From: an uncultured Planctomycetaceae bacterium
GTDB taxonomy: Bacteria; Planctomycetota; Planctomycetia; Planctomycetales; Planctomycetaceae
Direction of reading: 5' to 3'
Assembly: GCA_963815195.1 (NCBI GenBank)
Contig: CAWFGE010000020.1
Location: forward strand, 384,001 to 448,000
Length of the DNA stretch: 64,000 nt
The position numbers and the translations under genes were made by a program. The notes beneath the pieces are model-generated. The model did no database searches. It worked only from the letters and a program-made list of their open reading frames with translations, and was not told the origin of the DNA. Of the stretch, positions 1 to 11,625 are shown piece after piece (positions within the stretch are counted from its first letter, which is position 1; each line of letters starts with the position of its first letter).

Positions 1-1318
1 CTCCCTGCGAAGACCCGCGAAATCACGGTCACCGTTGTTGATGTGGTCGGCAAACCGATTCCCCAAGCCTCTGTGAAACTGCCGGCCACCCGCTTGCGCA
101 ATCACGATCTCATGAGGACCGACGCCCAAGGCGTGGCCCGGTCGGCAAAGGCCCCGGCGGACAACGTGACGGTGCAGATCACCGCCGACGGCTTTCGTCC
201 GGTGACGTGGATCATGGGGAACGTGAACAAACTACGGGCAATCATGGTCCCGCTGTCGCCCGGAATCGTTGTGGACGAACAGGGAAATCCGGTTGCGGAC
301 GCCTGGATCACGCACGAGCATCTTCAGATTCGCGCTGATGGAATCACCCACGTCCCGGACCGGGATTGGAATGGAAAGGATAAGGATTGGAGCGGCGCGG
401 ACGGCCACTTTAGGCTCAAAACGAATCTGACATTGCGCCGCAACGACGCCTTGGTTTCGTACATCGCTGTGAATCCGAATCGGGACAAGATGGCGATCGC
501 GTTTGTTCCGGCCCGCAAACTTGGCGAGCCTAAGACACTGGTGCTTGAACCCGTCTGCGACGTGCAGGGGCATTGTCTTTTCTTGGAAACGGCAGAACTC
601 GTAAATGTCGGCATCGGGCTGGAAACGTCCCACGGCGAGTCCATCGGCTGGCTCTCCCCCCGAAAGGCGTTGACGCCCAAAGGTCTGCGGATTGATTTTG
701 AAATTCGGCTTCCTCCGGGGGACTACGTGCTGGCGAGTCCGCAGACGTCTCTTCATGCGGGGTTCAAGATTCCCTTCTCTGTGGCCGCCGGACGAAAGGA
801 TTTGGATCTCGGCACCAAAACGGTTTCCCCCGCGGGAACGGCCGCGCTGAAGGGCAAGCCGGCCCCCAAGTTGGATGTGCAATGGAGGTCAGGACAGGAG
901 ACGAACTGGGAGAAACTCCGTGGGAAAGTCGTTGTCCTCGATTTCTGGGGAACATGGTGCGGACCCTGCATTGCCGGAATGCCGGAGTTGATGGAGATTG
1001 CCGATCGATTCCGCGGCCGACCGGTCGAGTGGCTGTCGGTCCACACACCCGATCTCAAGACGTTCGAGGACTTAGACCGGCAAATGAAATCGTGCCAGAA
1101 AAAGTCCTGGAACAATCGCGAACTCCCTTTCATGACCGTGATAGACCGCCCGGTCATCGGGGCGGAATACTCCGGCCAAACCAGCCGGCGCTTCGGCGTC
1201 GTCGAGTGGCCGACGCTGATCGTTGTGGATCAGCAAGGCCGGGTCGTGGGATCCGATTCCCAAAAAGGATCTCGAAAAGACAATCGCCCGCCTGCTAAAC
1301 CGTAAAGCCGACAAATAG
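1..1318 (+). CDS. TlpA-like thiol-disulfide oxidoreductase with N-terminal carboxypeptidase-regulatory-like beta domains (5' partial; probable frameshift near 1255)
   Basis: Frame is open from base 1. Contains the VVLDFWGTWCGPC redoxin motif and WPTLIVVDQQGRV. A more typical C-terminal helix (IPKKDLEKTIARLLNRKADK*, stop 1316-1318) lies in another frame after ~1255. Confidence 0.75.
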
Positions 1319-1568
1319 ATGGACGGGCTTTCGATACCGAGGTCGAAGGTCGTCGTGTTCGACGCGCGAGGGGAATTGACGCACCCCGACTCGCCCGTTG
1401 TCCTTGGTAATGTCGCCAAGCATCGCCGTTCGCCCGCTGCGTACTCATCGAACTCCGCAAGCGCAGCCCACATCTCCCTCTGCCGCCCCCAATCCACCTC
1501 CGCCGCAATCGGCCTCAGCAGCTTCTCATACACCGGATACTTGCCCGCCGTCACCCGCGGCAGAGACC

Positions 1569-1605
1569 GGCATAGCTCGTGCAGGTTCGAGTCCTGTCTC
1601 TCGCA
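1569..1605 (+). other. tRNA-Leu 3' fragment (variable arm end, T-arm, acceptor 3' strand); probable att site of an integrated element
   Basis: GGCATAGCTCGTGCAGGTTCGAGTCCTGTCTCTCGCA has a T-arm GCAGG-TTCGAGT-CCTGT followed by CTCTCGC-A. No matching 5' acceptor strand (GCGAGAG) or D/anticodon arms occur upstream. Confidence 0.7.
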
Positions 1606-1666
1606 ATTGGCGTTTAACGCTTCTCGAATGAAGGGTTGCCGCTTTGCGGATTTCCGAAGCGGGAAT

Positions 1667-4600
1667 TCAAGGGGTTGGGTGATCCGGCCGGGCCAGTTCT
1701 TGTCGGGCCGAAGCTCGTCAAAGTTCATTCCCAATCTGGCGGCGGCTTGAAGGGATTTTTCGAACCGGCGCCCGGCACGCCGGCGGCGGCCGAGGAGTCG
1801 ATCCAATTCAGCCTGGAAAAATAGCGCCTGCGGCGATCCGATGGGGTGCATTCGCGCAAAAGAACGGAGGGCTTTGATGACCGTTCGAGCCCGCTTTTGG
1901 AATTCCTGTCGGCGGTGGGTTTGTTGAGCGAGGCCTAAAAGCTCCACCTCGGCCCAGCCTCCCAGTCCGCGAAGAATGTAATAGGAGATGGGCTGCGACT
2001 CCGCGAACAGGCCGGCGGTGATCTCCGCGGAGGCTCAGGGCGGAGTCCGTCGCGCCGAGCCGCCATTGCGTCCGGGCGATCAATCCCCAGGCCCAGACGA
2101 GATCGGCCCGGAGAACCCGGCCTGTCCGGCGCGAATCGGACGAGAGCAGTTTCTCCAAGACTCCGACAACGCGAACCAGTGCATCGTCCGTGGGCTGTGA
2201 ATTTGGCTCGGCCAGCAGGCTTTCGAGTTGCAGGTTAAGTCCCCAGACGTGTTCCTGGGCGACGCCGCGCTGCTCGGCCCAGCGTTCGAGTTGCCGGCCC
2301 CGGTCCAGGCTTTCGGAAAACCGGCCCTGATAGGACAGCGCCAATCCCAAAATCGAAGTGCTCTCAGACCGCCGGCGTTTGTCGCCCATCTGGTTGGCGG
2401 TTTCGATCGAGGCTTCGAGCGCGCGCTCGGCCTCGGTCCAATGTCCCACCGAAACGTAGTATAGCCCGATAACCTGGTTGACCCAGGCGGAGCAGGCGGG
2501 ATCGCCGAGTTGGGCCGCGGTCGCGCTTGCGCGCTCCGCTTGGGCGCGGGCTTTTCTGTGTCGTGCAAGAACTCCCCACACGATGGAGGAGTTGCCGGAG
2601 GCCCGGGCCAGTTCGGGCGACGGCCCGACGCGTTCGGCGGCCTCGACCCCGGCAAACACCGCATACAGGCAAGGCAGCCTTTCGTTGTTGAGATAGTGGG
2701 CCTCGGCGAGCCGTTCGTAGGCCAAGGCCAGTTCCACATCGGTCTCGCGTCCCCGTCGCGAAGGAGGGGCCCCGGGAGCCCGGTGCAACCACTGCCGAAT
2801 CCCCCGCGAAAGCGCGCCAAAAACTGCCGCCAAAGCCGGCCGGGAACCGGGCGGTCCAACAGCAGCAAACATTTTCGCAAATGCACGATACACTCATCGG
2901 AAAAACCCAGGGAATAGTCGGCTTCCGCGAGCTTTCGTTCCCAGCGGGCGCGGCGAAGCCGATCGGCGGTGTCCGGGTTTTGATCGCTCAATTCGAGCGC
3001 TTCCGAAAAACATTTGACCGCCTCTTCGTTCGCGAAATTGATGAGCGCCTGCTCCCCGGCCCGCTCCAAGGCCGTCACGGCTTTCTCCTTTTGCTGCGAG
3101 CGGCACCAATGGTGGGCAATGACCGACAAGTACGGCGCCGGGCTCTCGGCATAAGTCGTCTCATACCATTCCGCCAGCGCCCGGTGGAGCCGGCGGCGCT
3201 GGTCGCCCAGCATCAGTTCATACGCCGCCTCGCGGGCGATCGCGTGCTTGAACGCATAACTCAGCGAGGACTCGTCCCGCTCCCGGCGAATCAGGTCCGC
3301 GTTCTGGGTCTTGACGATGTCCGTGGAAAGGTCCGCCTGGTTGGCGGGAATGGGATACACATCGCGGAGCGTGGAGAACGCAAACTGCTGGCCGATGACG
3401 CTCGCGACTTTCAACGTCAATTGAGATCCCGGCGGCAGCCGGTCGATCCGGCTGATCACCAGGCCCTGAACGGAATCCGGCAAACCCACACCGTTGAGTT
3501 CCCCCGATTCCGAAACGACGCGGCACTCGTCCGCTTGGATGACGATGCGCCCGGATTCCAGCAAGGCCGCCGCCAACTGCTCCGCGAAGAACGGATTCCC
3601 TTCCGCCTTGGCGTGGACGAATCGGGAAATCGCGGGAGACAATCTCGCCACCCCGAATTTGTCCCGCAACAATTCGCACGTTTCCTCCTCCGTGAGCGTC
3701 GATAATCGGATCCATGTCGCCAACCCCTCTTCGATCAGTTCGCGATATTCCAGGGGAGGCGCAGGCATCGGTCGCGATGTGAGGACGATTATCAACGGCT
3801 CGACATCGTGAACCACCCGCCGCAAGAGCGCCCAGGATGCGGAATCCAGCCACTGCACATCTTCCAGGACGATCAGCATCGGCATTCGCTCGGCGACGTC
3901 TTGCAGAAGGTGCGCAAGAATGTCCCGCGTGTTGCTCGCGCGGATCTCTCCCCCGAACAGCCCCGGCGTTTCGAGATTTCCGAACTCGCCGATAAACACT
4001 GAACTCAATAAGGGAAGCAGCGGTTCAAATGTCCGGCGGCTGTCTTCGGACGCGAGGACCTCCCGGAGCCAGGCCTCGGTGTCGTGCTCAAAACCCGCCT
4101 GTTCGCGGGCCGTCTCGAAAATCGACCGCCACGCGTAGTAGGAGGTTGTCGATTCGATGGCTTCCCCGCGGCCGTACAAAATCGCCACCCGCGCTTCGTT
4201 GGCCAGTCGCAGAAATTCCGACGTCAAGCGGGACTTTCCGATGCCGGGTTCCCCTTCGACGATTACCGCGTGGCTTTGGTGAAAATCCCGCAGCTCGTCG
4301 AGCCGGCGCTGAAAATCCTGAATCTCACTTCGGCGGCCGATCAATCTGGTGCCGGAGGCGATGGGATCTCCGCCGGAAGTCCGCGCCAGCGGACAATACA
4401 CAGGAACCGGCTCGGCTTTGCCTTTGACGGGAATCGGCGTTCCCGCGGCGAAGGTCAACGACTTTCCGGCATCGCTTTGCGTGGCTTGATCGCAGAGCAC
4501 CTGGTTGTTCGTGGCGGTCATCAGCCGAGCGGCCAGGTTGACGGTGTCGCCGATCAGCGTATATTCCCGGCGAATGGAACTGCCGACGATTCCACAATAC

Positions 4601-5673
4601 ACGCGCCCGGTCGCCACGCCGATCGAGCAGGCCCACCCGATTTCCGCCAATGCGCCATGAATCGCCAAAGCCGCGAGCGCCCCGCGGGCCGCGTCGTCTT
4701 CGTGGGCCAAGGGCGGCAACCCGAACGCCGCCAGCAGCGTGACCCCTTTCTCATCGACGCTCAACTTGTTCACGCTGCCTTCGTAGCGGTAGAGCGCCTT
4801 TTGAATCGCCACCATCGCGGACTGCGCTGCGGAAAGCGGCGTTCGTTCGTGAAGTCCCGGCAGTCGCACGAACAGAATCGTGGCCCGGCGAAGCTCGCCC
4901 AGCCAATCCCGCTGCCGGGCTTCCAGGCGGCTTAGGATCGCTCGCGGCACAAAACTCTGAAGCTTGCTCAACTGCGACGGCGGGAGCCGAAGCCGATGGA
5001 GCGGCGTGGGCGTGGCCGGCTCCATCATCGAAATGACGTTCACGGCCCAGATCGAACTATGCGATCCCCTGCCGGTGTCTTCGACCAAAGCCCAGGCGGT
5101 GGACGTCAGCACGACTTCGCCAGGCTGGGTATCGGGAATGGCGAGCGCGATTTGTTGAAGCGGATCGCCGACGGCGAGAAACTCGCTACGATCCAAAAGT
5201 CCGCCCAGGCACAGGAGCCTGAGCGCGCCTGCGCTGATAACCGTTCGCAGCGAGAGTTCCGACGAGATCCCCAAAGCGTTCTGGCTTTCGCGGTCCTGAA
5301 ACTCCAAGGCGCAGCAGGAGGCGTTGCGGACCATCGCCGCCATGTCCTCGTCCGAGCCGTCCGAAGGCCAGACAGCCAGCAAGGCGTCCCCGGCAAACTT
5401 GATGACGTCGCCGCCCCAACTCGTCACCTGATCGACCAAACGGCCGAAGTACGCGTTGAGGAGCACCGTCAATTCTTCCACTCCGGCGGGCCCGGCTTTC
5501 GCGTGCTGTTCCGCCAAGGCCGTAAAACCGGAGATGTCCGCAAACAACACCGCCGCGGTTATCGTCTCGGAACTCGGCAAAACGGTGCCGTTGCCGTCCG
5601 CTCCCAACCGATTCAGGAGCGCGGCCGGAAGATAAGCCTCGATGGGAGGGGTCAGATCGGTGGATTCGGACAT
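1667..5673 (-). CDS. Adenylate/guanylate cyclase (tandem class III domains) + STAND-type AAA ATPase + TPR-like helical repeats; frameshifted
   Basis: Motifs FADISGFT, KFAGDAL, DEKG, GDTVNLAARL, Walker A GEPGIGKS, LEDVQWLD, GNPFF and YAFKH. The C-terminal helical region continues across ORFs 1808..2893 and 1072..1947, with shifts near 2800, 2035 and probably 1710. The 3' end coordinate is inferred. Confidence 0.8.
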
Positions 5674-5894
5674 CAATGGGTTTCGCAGGCATCCGACGCA
5701 TGAACAGCGTAAAGCCCTCCCAGTATAACGTGCACGACCTTTCGGTCCACGCCGCGATTCCTATCCACTGAGATAACTTTTGCGGCGAGACGCCGCAGAA
5801 TTCCCTCCAACCGGCCGGACATTCCCCCCAGCGAAGGGGACCCGCGCCTGCGATCGGTCAAATGCCTTGAGAGGTGGTTTCACGGGCGGGGGAA

Positions 5895-6284
5895 CTAGAA
5901 GGCGTTTCGCAGGATTTCCAGGCGGCGGAGTTGGATCTTAAATTCCAGGAGGTCCCAATCCATGGAATTCATCGAGGCATGGACGCTCGGTTTTTCCGGC
6001 TCGGTCCGCGGTTCGAAGTTGAAGGCCAACGTGGAATTCAGCGACATCGGCCACCACACCAGTCCGCCGAAAAACAACAAGGCCACCGCCAAGCCGCCCC
6101 AGAGCATGTGCTGAACGCGGAGTTCCCGCTGCGATTTCTGCGCCTGGGTGACAATCTCCGCCCGAAGGCCCGAACGCACCGTCGGCAGGTCGTCGGCCGC
6201 CAACCGCAGCAAGTCTTCCACCTCGGCGAGCGATTCCCGCTCGGGATCAAAAAATTCGCGGTCCGGGTCGGTCCATTCAGACAT
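5895..6284 (-). CDS. Small membrane protein, probable anti-sigma factor
   Basis: 129 aa with one hydrophobic helix (LWGGLAVALLFFGGLVWW). Its start overlaps the end of the ECF sigma gene. Confidence 0.6.
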   Translation of the reverse strand: MSEWTDPDREFFDPERESLAEVEDLLRLAADDLPTVRSGLRAEIVTQAQKSQRELRVQHMLWGGLAVALLFFGGLVWWPMSLNSTLAFNFEPRTEPEKPSVHASMNSMDWDLLEFKIQLRRLEILRNAF

Positions 6285-6864
6285 CGCGCGACACCTCGCT
6301 GGACAAACCTTGGAGCAAGCGGGTCAGCTTTTCCAGCCCGTAACGATACCGGCTGGCGACGGTGTTGGGGGACTCTCCCAACACCTCGGCAATCTCCAAA
6401 AACGTCATGCCCTCCCAAATCTTCAACACGATCACTTCCGATTGATTGGGCGGCAGCTTTTCCACCGCCAGGCGAACGGAGCGTTTGACTTCGTACTCGT
6501 CAAGCGGCGGCGGATCTTCGCTGCCGACTTCCGTGACGGGCAACGCGCACGTACCCGCCCGTTTTTGGGTGAGGCGAAGAGCTTCGTTCCGTACCACCCG
6601 AAGAAAATAGGCCCAAGGATTTGTCGCCCGCTCTAATGCCTGGGGATAGCGGGCGAGCCGAACCATCGCCGCCTGGAACGCGTCTTCCGCATCGTCGTGG
6701 TGCCGGGTGAGCGTGTAGGCGTAGCGGACGAGCCGAGGCCCCACCAGGTCATAAATCTCCTCGAGCGCAACGATCCCGTCCCGTGCCAGGCGGACGGCAC
6801 AGCGGCGCAATTCGGTGGTGATTTGAGAAGAGTTGGTCGTGTCCACGGCAATAGAAAGAGCCAA
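6277..6864 (-). CDS. ECF RNA polymerase sigma factor
   Basis: Region 2 (DAEDAFQAAMVRL, AYFLRVVRN) and region 4 (LPPNQSEVIVLKIWEGMTFLEIAEVLGESPNTVASRYRYG). Confidence 0.9.
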   Translation of the reverse strand: MALSIAVDTTNSSQITTELRRCAVRLARDGIVALEEIYDLVGPRLVRYAYTLTRHHDDAEDAFQAAMVRLARYPQALERATNPWAYFLRVVRNEALRLTQKRAGTCALPVTEVGSEDPPPLDEYEVKRSVRLAVEKLPPNQSEVIVLKIWEGMTFLEIAEVLGESPNTVASRYRYGLEKLTRLLQGLSSEVSRDV

Positions 6865-7072
6865 GTTGCAGTGGGATTTGTTTACAATTCTTCGATTTTT
6901 TCAGAAATCCGCCCCAAAGTCACGCGCAAACCGGCCCAGAATTGCCTGCCAGTGCTGTTGCCCGGGGAGCACTTGGCCCAATAAAAAACCGGCAAGCTGA
7001 CCTTGCCGGCCGATTTGGAAGCTGTTTAGGACCGCCAAGAAAACAACTTCAGTTTTTGAACCATTTAACAAA

Positions 7073-7100
7073 ACCAGGGGGCTTACGCCCCCCGCTCGCC
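7073..7100. repeat. REP family A copy
   Basis: ACCAGGGGGCTTACGCCCCCCGCTCGCC; related copies at 10979, 13207, 60486, 60588 and 61368. Confidence 0.8.
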
Positions 7101-7139
7101 TGTTCATCCCAAATGCTGAAGTTATATTCTTGGCGATCC

Positions 7140-7715
7140 TTACTTCTTGGAACCGGGGACGTCGATTGGAAAACCATCGGGACCGAAATTGATGGTGGCT
7201 CCTTCGGGGACGGCGGTTTTTCTGGCGTCTTTTGAGGATTTGCCCTTGGGGGCGCTGTTGATCGGGAAGCCGTCGGGACCGAATTCAATCGTCATCCCGC
7301 TCCGGTCGCTGGGCAAATCTTCCAATCGCGGGCCGGGTTCGTCTTTGGTGTCTTCCTCGTTTTTTTGCGGAGGTTTGGGAGCGGGCTCTTTTTTTGCGGG
7401 ATTCGCGGGTTTCGGCTGGCTGCGGGGACGTTCCGCCGGCGCGGGGACCGCGGCCGAGGCTGCCCGGGCCGGTTTGCCCAATTTCCCGCTCACGAAGCGA
7501 TCGATCCGCTCCAGTTCCGCGACGCTGTGATTCTCGCGCTGGATGTCCGCCGAGAGGTCGTTCAGCACGTTTTGGTAGCTGTCCGCATCCGAGGCGGTTT
7601 CCATTCGGCGTTCCAGGAAGGTCGTCACCGACTGGATCTCGGCGAGTTTCGGAGCCGACTCATCCAAGTCCGACCGCACAGCGTCCAACAACTTTTCATA
7701 CAAGGCAACGTCCAT
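7140..7715 (-). CDS. Hypothetical protein: coiled-coil N-terminus, Pro/Lys-rich linker, duplicated TI(E/N)FGPDGFPI motif
   Basis: 191-aa ORF downstream of leuS with plausible composition; the motif occurs twice near the C-terminus. Confidence 0.65.
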   Translation of the reverse strand: MDVALYEKLLDAVRSDLDESAPKLAEIQSVTTFLERRMETASDADSYQNVLNDLSADIQRENHSVAELERIDRFVSGKLGKPARAASAAVPAPAERPRSQPKPANPAKKEPAPKPPQKNEEDTKDEPGPRLEDLPSDRSGMTIEFGPDGFPINSAPKGKSSKDARKTAVPEGATINFGPDGFPIDVPGSKK

Positions 7716-7964
7716 TGGGGGCTTCGTCTCCAGGCGGCAATTGGGGGTCAGGGATGGGAGATTGGGGCCGGCTTCAACAAACCCGAGAAACAGGGCTCGC
7801 CCTTATTCTAACTAAGATAACCGTTCGTGTCCCAAACCGGAAATGATTTTTTGCCCTGGCCGGCAATTCCAGCATCTTTTCCCGGCCGATTGTCGAATTT
7901 TCCCCAGCTTACCCCGGACAACCCGAAGCAGAGATCAGCGAGGCACCTTAGGTCGATCCGCGAT

Positions 7965-10955
7965 TCATCCCTTCACCACGAAATTCACCAGTCGCCCCGG
8001 AACCACGACGACTTTCACCACGGTTTTGCCTTCGACGTAGCCCGCGATCGTCTCGTCGGCTTCGGCGGTTTTTTGGATCGTGGCCTGGTCGGCATCGGCG
8101 GGGACTTGGACCTTGCCGCGGAGTTTGCCGTTGACTTGCACCGGGATCTCCACCGTGTCCTCGGCGATTTTGCTTTCATCAAAACTCGGCCAGGGTTCGT
8201 AGGCCAAGGTCTGTTCGCGGCCGAGGATTTCCCAAAGCTCTTCCGCGAGGTGCGGAGCGAACGGCGACAAGAGGAGCACGAACGGCTCGAGCACCGACTT
8301 CGGCCGCGGCTCGGCCGGGCTGAGGGCGTTCGTGAACTCCATCATCCGGCTGATGGCCGTGTTGAAACTGAGCTTTTCAATATCCTCGGTGACAGCTTTG
8401 ATCGTCTTGTGCAGCACGCGTTCTTGCTCTTCATCGGGTTCGACATCCTGCACCGCCTCCGCGAGTTGGATCTCGTCGGACCGCTCATCGACGATCATCC
8501 GCCACACCCGCCCCAAGAAGCGGGCCACGCCTTCCACGCCTTTCATGCTCCAGGGCTTCATTTGCTCCAAAGGTCCCATGAACATCTCATAAAGCCGCAG
8601 CGCATCCGCCCCGTAGCCGGCGACGACTTCGTCCGGGTTTACCACGTTGCCGCGAGATTTGGACATTTTTTCGGCGCGAGCTACCAATTGGTACTCTTTT
8701 CCTTCTTCATCTTTCCAATAGGGAACCCCGTGCTTCGAAATGACCTGTTCATTCGGAATGTCTATACTTTCAAATTGTCCCTTGTAGTAACTTGAACCAT
8801 CTTCGAGTTCGACAACTTCAAAATCACCTCCAGTTTCTCTGCCTTCCTCACCAGCGATTTCGGCAGAAACATAAATCTTCTTTTGAAGCTTCTCGCCAGT
8901 ACGAATATAAACCTCATAACGTGGCTCGCCCAGGATCATGCCCTGGTTCACGAGCTTTTGAAACGGCTCGGGCTTCGTCAAATGCCCGCGGTCGAAGAGC
9001 ACCTTGTGCCAGAAGCGGGCGTACAAGAGGTGCAGCACGGCGTGCTCGGCCCCGCCGATGTAAAGATCGACCGGGAGCCAATACTTTTCCTTGGCGGGAT
9101 CGATCAACCGCTGGTCGTTTTTCGGGTCGGCGAAGCGGATGTAGTACCAGCACGAGCCCGCCCACTGCGGCATGCTGTTGGTCTCCCGCTTCAATTTCAC
9201 ACCGTCGTCTGCAGTTTTATAGAGCCAATCTTCCGGGGCATGCGACAACGGCGGCTCGGGGCTGCCGGTGTGCCCCCACTCCTTCATTTCCGGCAAGGTG
9301 ATCGGCAACTCGCTTGCGGTGTCGGTTCGGAGCAAACCCGTCGGCTCGCCGGTCTCGTCCAACTCGTGCCAGATCGGAAACGGCTCCCCCCAATAATGCT
9401 GCCGGGAGAACAGCCAATCCCGGAGCCGAAAATTGACCGCCTTCTGCCCCAAGCCCTGTACGCTCAAGTCGGCGGTGATTTTTTGTTTGAAGTCGGCGGT
9501 CGCGAGGCCGTTAAACTCGCCGGAGTTGATGGCCTGGCCTTGCCCGGCGAAAGGCGTTTTTTCTTCGCCGTCGATTTCGCGGGCGAGTTCTTGTTCCTCC
9601 TTGCTCGGCTGGTAATCGGCCGGCGGTTGGACGACGGGAACGATCGGCAAACTGAACGTCACCGCGAATTCCCAGTCCCGCAAATCGTGCGCGGGCACGG
9701 CCATGATCGCACCGGTGCCGTAGCTGATGAGGACATAGTCGGCGATCCAGATCGGAATCTGCTCCCCGTTTACGGGGTTGATCGCATAGGCCCCGGTGAA
9801 CTCGCCGGTTTTTTCCTTCGCCAAATCGGTGCGGTCGAGGTCGCTTTTCGTCGCGGCTTTTTCGCGGTAGGCGCGGACGGCTGCCTTTTGGTCCGGCGTG
9901 GTTAAGCGATCGACGTAGGGATGCTCGGGAGCCATCACCATATAGGTCGCCCCGAACAAGGTGTCCGGCCGGGTCGTGTAAACCCGCAAGACCTCTTCGC
10001 CCGGCTGTTTGGGGAAGCCGGTTTTTTGACGGGTGGATTTCCATTCCTCAAAGGCGGCGGGCAACTGGTCGGCGGGCGTGCCGGCCGCGCCGATGAAGAA
10101 ATCGACCTCCGCCCCTTCGCTTTTGCCGATCCAGTTTCGCTGGAGGAGTTTCACGGACTCGGGCCAATCCAACTCGTCCAGGTCTTCGATCAAGCGGTCG
10201 GCGTACTCGGTGATGCGGAGCATCCACTGGCGGAGCGGAAGCCGCATGACGGGATGCCCGCCGCGTTCGCTTTTGCCGTCGATGATTTCCTCGTTCGCGA
10301 GCACGGTGCCCAGGGCCGGGCACCAATTGACGGGAGCGTTGTGCTGATAAGCGAGGCGGTGGGCATCCTGATATTCCCGCACCGCCCGCTCGCCGGTTTT
10401 CTTTACATCATCGGGGATCGGCAATTCGGAAATCGGCCGGCCCCGGCCTCGGCGTTTTTTGCCGTCCGGTCCGGTCCATTCCAACTCCCGGTCGTACCAG
10501 GTGTCGAAGAGTTCCAGAAAGATCCACTGCGTCCAGCGGAAATAATCGGAGTCGGTCGTGGAGAACTCCCGGCTCCAATCGTAGCTGAAGCCCAGCATCT
10601 TCAGCTGCCGGCGGAAGTTGGCGATGTTTTTGTAAGTCGTTTCGCGGGGCGGGGTGCCGGTTTTGATCGCATGCTGCTCCGCGGGGAGTCCGAAGGCGTC
10701 CCAACCCATCGGGTGCAGCACGTGTTTGCCGCGCATCCGCTGATACCGGCAGACGATGTCCGTGGCGGTGTAGCCTTCCGGGTGCCCGACGTGGAGCCCC
10801 TCGCCGGAAGGGTAGGGAAACATATCCAAGACGTACAACTTGCCCCGCCCGGCCGACTCGCCGGTGGGGACAACATCGGGAAGTTTGAAAGTTTCGTGCT
10901 GTTCCCAATAGGCTTGCCATTTGGGTTCAATCCGCTTCGCATCGTATCGGGGCAT
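7965..10955 (-). CDS. leuS: Leucine--tRNA ligase
   Basis: [14 protein letters not shown] (HIGH), editing domain YTTRPDT and [18 protein letters not shown], and C-terminal VQVNGKLR. Confidence 0.97.
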   Translation of the reverse strand: MPRYDAKRIEPKWQAYWEQHETFKLPDVVPTGESAGRGKLYVLDMFPYPSGEGLHVGHPEGYTATDIVCRYQRMRGKHVLHPMGWDAFGLPAEQHAIKTGTPPRETTYKNIANFRRQLKMLGFSYDWSREFSTTDSDYFRWTQWIFLELFDTWYDRELEWTGPDGKKRRGRGRPISELPIPDDVKKTGERAVREYQDAHRLAYQHNAPVNWCPALGTVLANEEIIDGKSERGGHPVMRLPLRQWMLRITEYADRLIEDLDELDWPESVKLLQRNWIGKSEGAEVDFFIGAAGTPADQLPAAFEEWKSTRQKTGFPKQPGEEVLRVYTTRPDTLFGATYMVMAPEHPYVDRLTTPDQKAAVRAYREKAATKSDLDRTDLAKEKTGEFTGAYAINPVNGEQIPIWIADYVLISYGTGAIMAVPAHDLRDWEFAVTFSLPIVPVVQPPADYQPSKEEQELAREIDGEEKTPFAGQGQAINSGEFNGLATADFKQKITADLSVQGLGQKAVNFRLRDWLFSRQHYWGEPFPIWHELDETGEPTGLLRTDTASELPITLPEMKEWGHTGSPEPPLSHAPEDWLYKTADDGVKLKRETNSMPQWAGSCWYYIRFADPKNDQRLIDPAKEKYWLPVDLYIGGAEHAVLHLLYARFWHKVLFDRGHLTKPEPFQKLVNQGMILGEPRYEVYIRTGEKLQKKIYVSAEIAGEEGRETGGDFEVVELEDGSSYYKGQFESIDIPNEQVISKHGVPYWKDEEGKEYQLVARAEKMSKSRGNVVNPDEVVAGYGADALRLYEMFMGPLEQMKPWSMKGVEGVARFLGRVWRMIVDERSDEIQLAEAVQDVEPDEEQERVLHKTIKAVTEDIEKLSFNTAISRMMEFTNALSPAEPRPKSVLEPFVLLLSPFAPHLAEELWEILGREQTLAYEPWPSFDESKIAEDTVEIPVQVNGKLRGKVQVPADADQATIQKTAEADETIAGYVEGKTVVKVVVVPGRLVNFVVKG

Positions 10956-10978
10956 AGTGGTTCAGAGGTCAGGAGTAA

Positions 10979-11006
10979 GGCGAGCGGGAGGCGTAAGCCT
11001 CCTGGT
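10979..11006. repeat. REP family A copy (compensatory stem variant)
   Basis: GGCGAGCGGGAGGCGTAAGCCTCCTGGT. Confidence 0.75.
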
Positions 11007-11184
11007 TTCGTCGATGTCAAAGAAAGCCATCAATCCATTGGGAAAGTTTAGTGAGCAAAACCGGCCCCCGCAAATCCGGGCGGGGATTCCGTTTGCCTCG
11101 CCCGCGGACTTTGCAAGAATAGAAGCACAAAGCCCGCCTTGGGTTCGCTTCCCGTTCTTTGGACTGTTCGAGAAATCACCCGAA

Positions 11185-11625
11185 CGGCAGGGGGTGGCTG
11201 GGGCGCAAAGCAATGTTCCAAGGAAAAAGGAGATGTGAGGCCTGGGGCCGTGTGAGATTTTTCTCGCCCGGCCACAGCCCCAGCATTCCCAACAAGCCTG
11301 ATTCCAAACGGGATCTGCGCCCCAGCCACCCAAACGCTTACAGTTAGAGTTATTAACCAATGAATCGCCGCGAGCTACTCACCGCATTTTTGGTACTGCT
11401 GATCGCGGCAGGGGTGGCTGGGCGCAAAGCAATGTTCCAAGGAAAAAGGAGATGTGAGGCCTGGGGCCGTATTAGATTTTTCTCGCCTTCCACAGCCCCA
11501 GCATTCCCAACAAGCCTGATTCCAAACGGGATCTGCGCCCGAGCCACCCAAACGCTTACAGTTAGAGTTATTAACCAATGAATCGCCGCGAGCTACTCAC
11601 CGCATTTTTAGGACTGCCGATCGCG
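11185..11625 (+). repeat. ~218-bp tandem duplication; each unit has an IR-bounded structured element plus the first ~45 nt of the downstream gene
   Basis: ATGs at 11360 and 11578 give MNRRELLTAFLVLLIA versus MNRRELLTAFLGLPIA. A perfect 16-bp IR (GGGTGGCTGGGGCGCA, 11192-11207 / 11316-11331) bounds the first element. Confidence 0.9.

Noticed and set aside
1520..1610. Intact tRNA-Leu gene
   Set aside because: The 5' acceptor strand, D-arm and anticodon arm are absent; reported as a fragment only.
1072..1660. 3' part of ORF 1072..1947 as a continuation of the cyclase
   Set aside because: It reads through the antisense tRNA fragment and overlaps the convergent TlpA-like gene; probably run-on after an indel near 1710.
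11185..11625. CRISPR array
   Set aside because: Only two long tandem units with no unique spacers, and no cas genes in the window.
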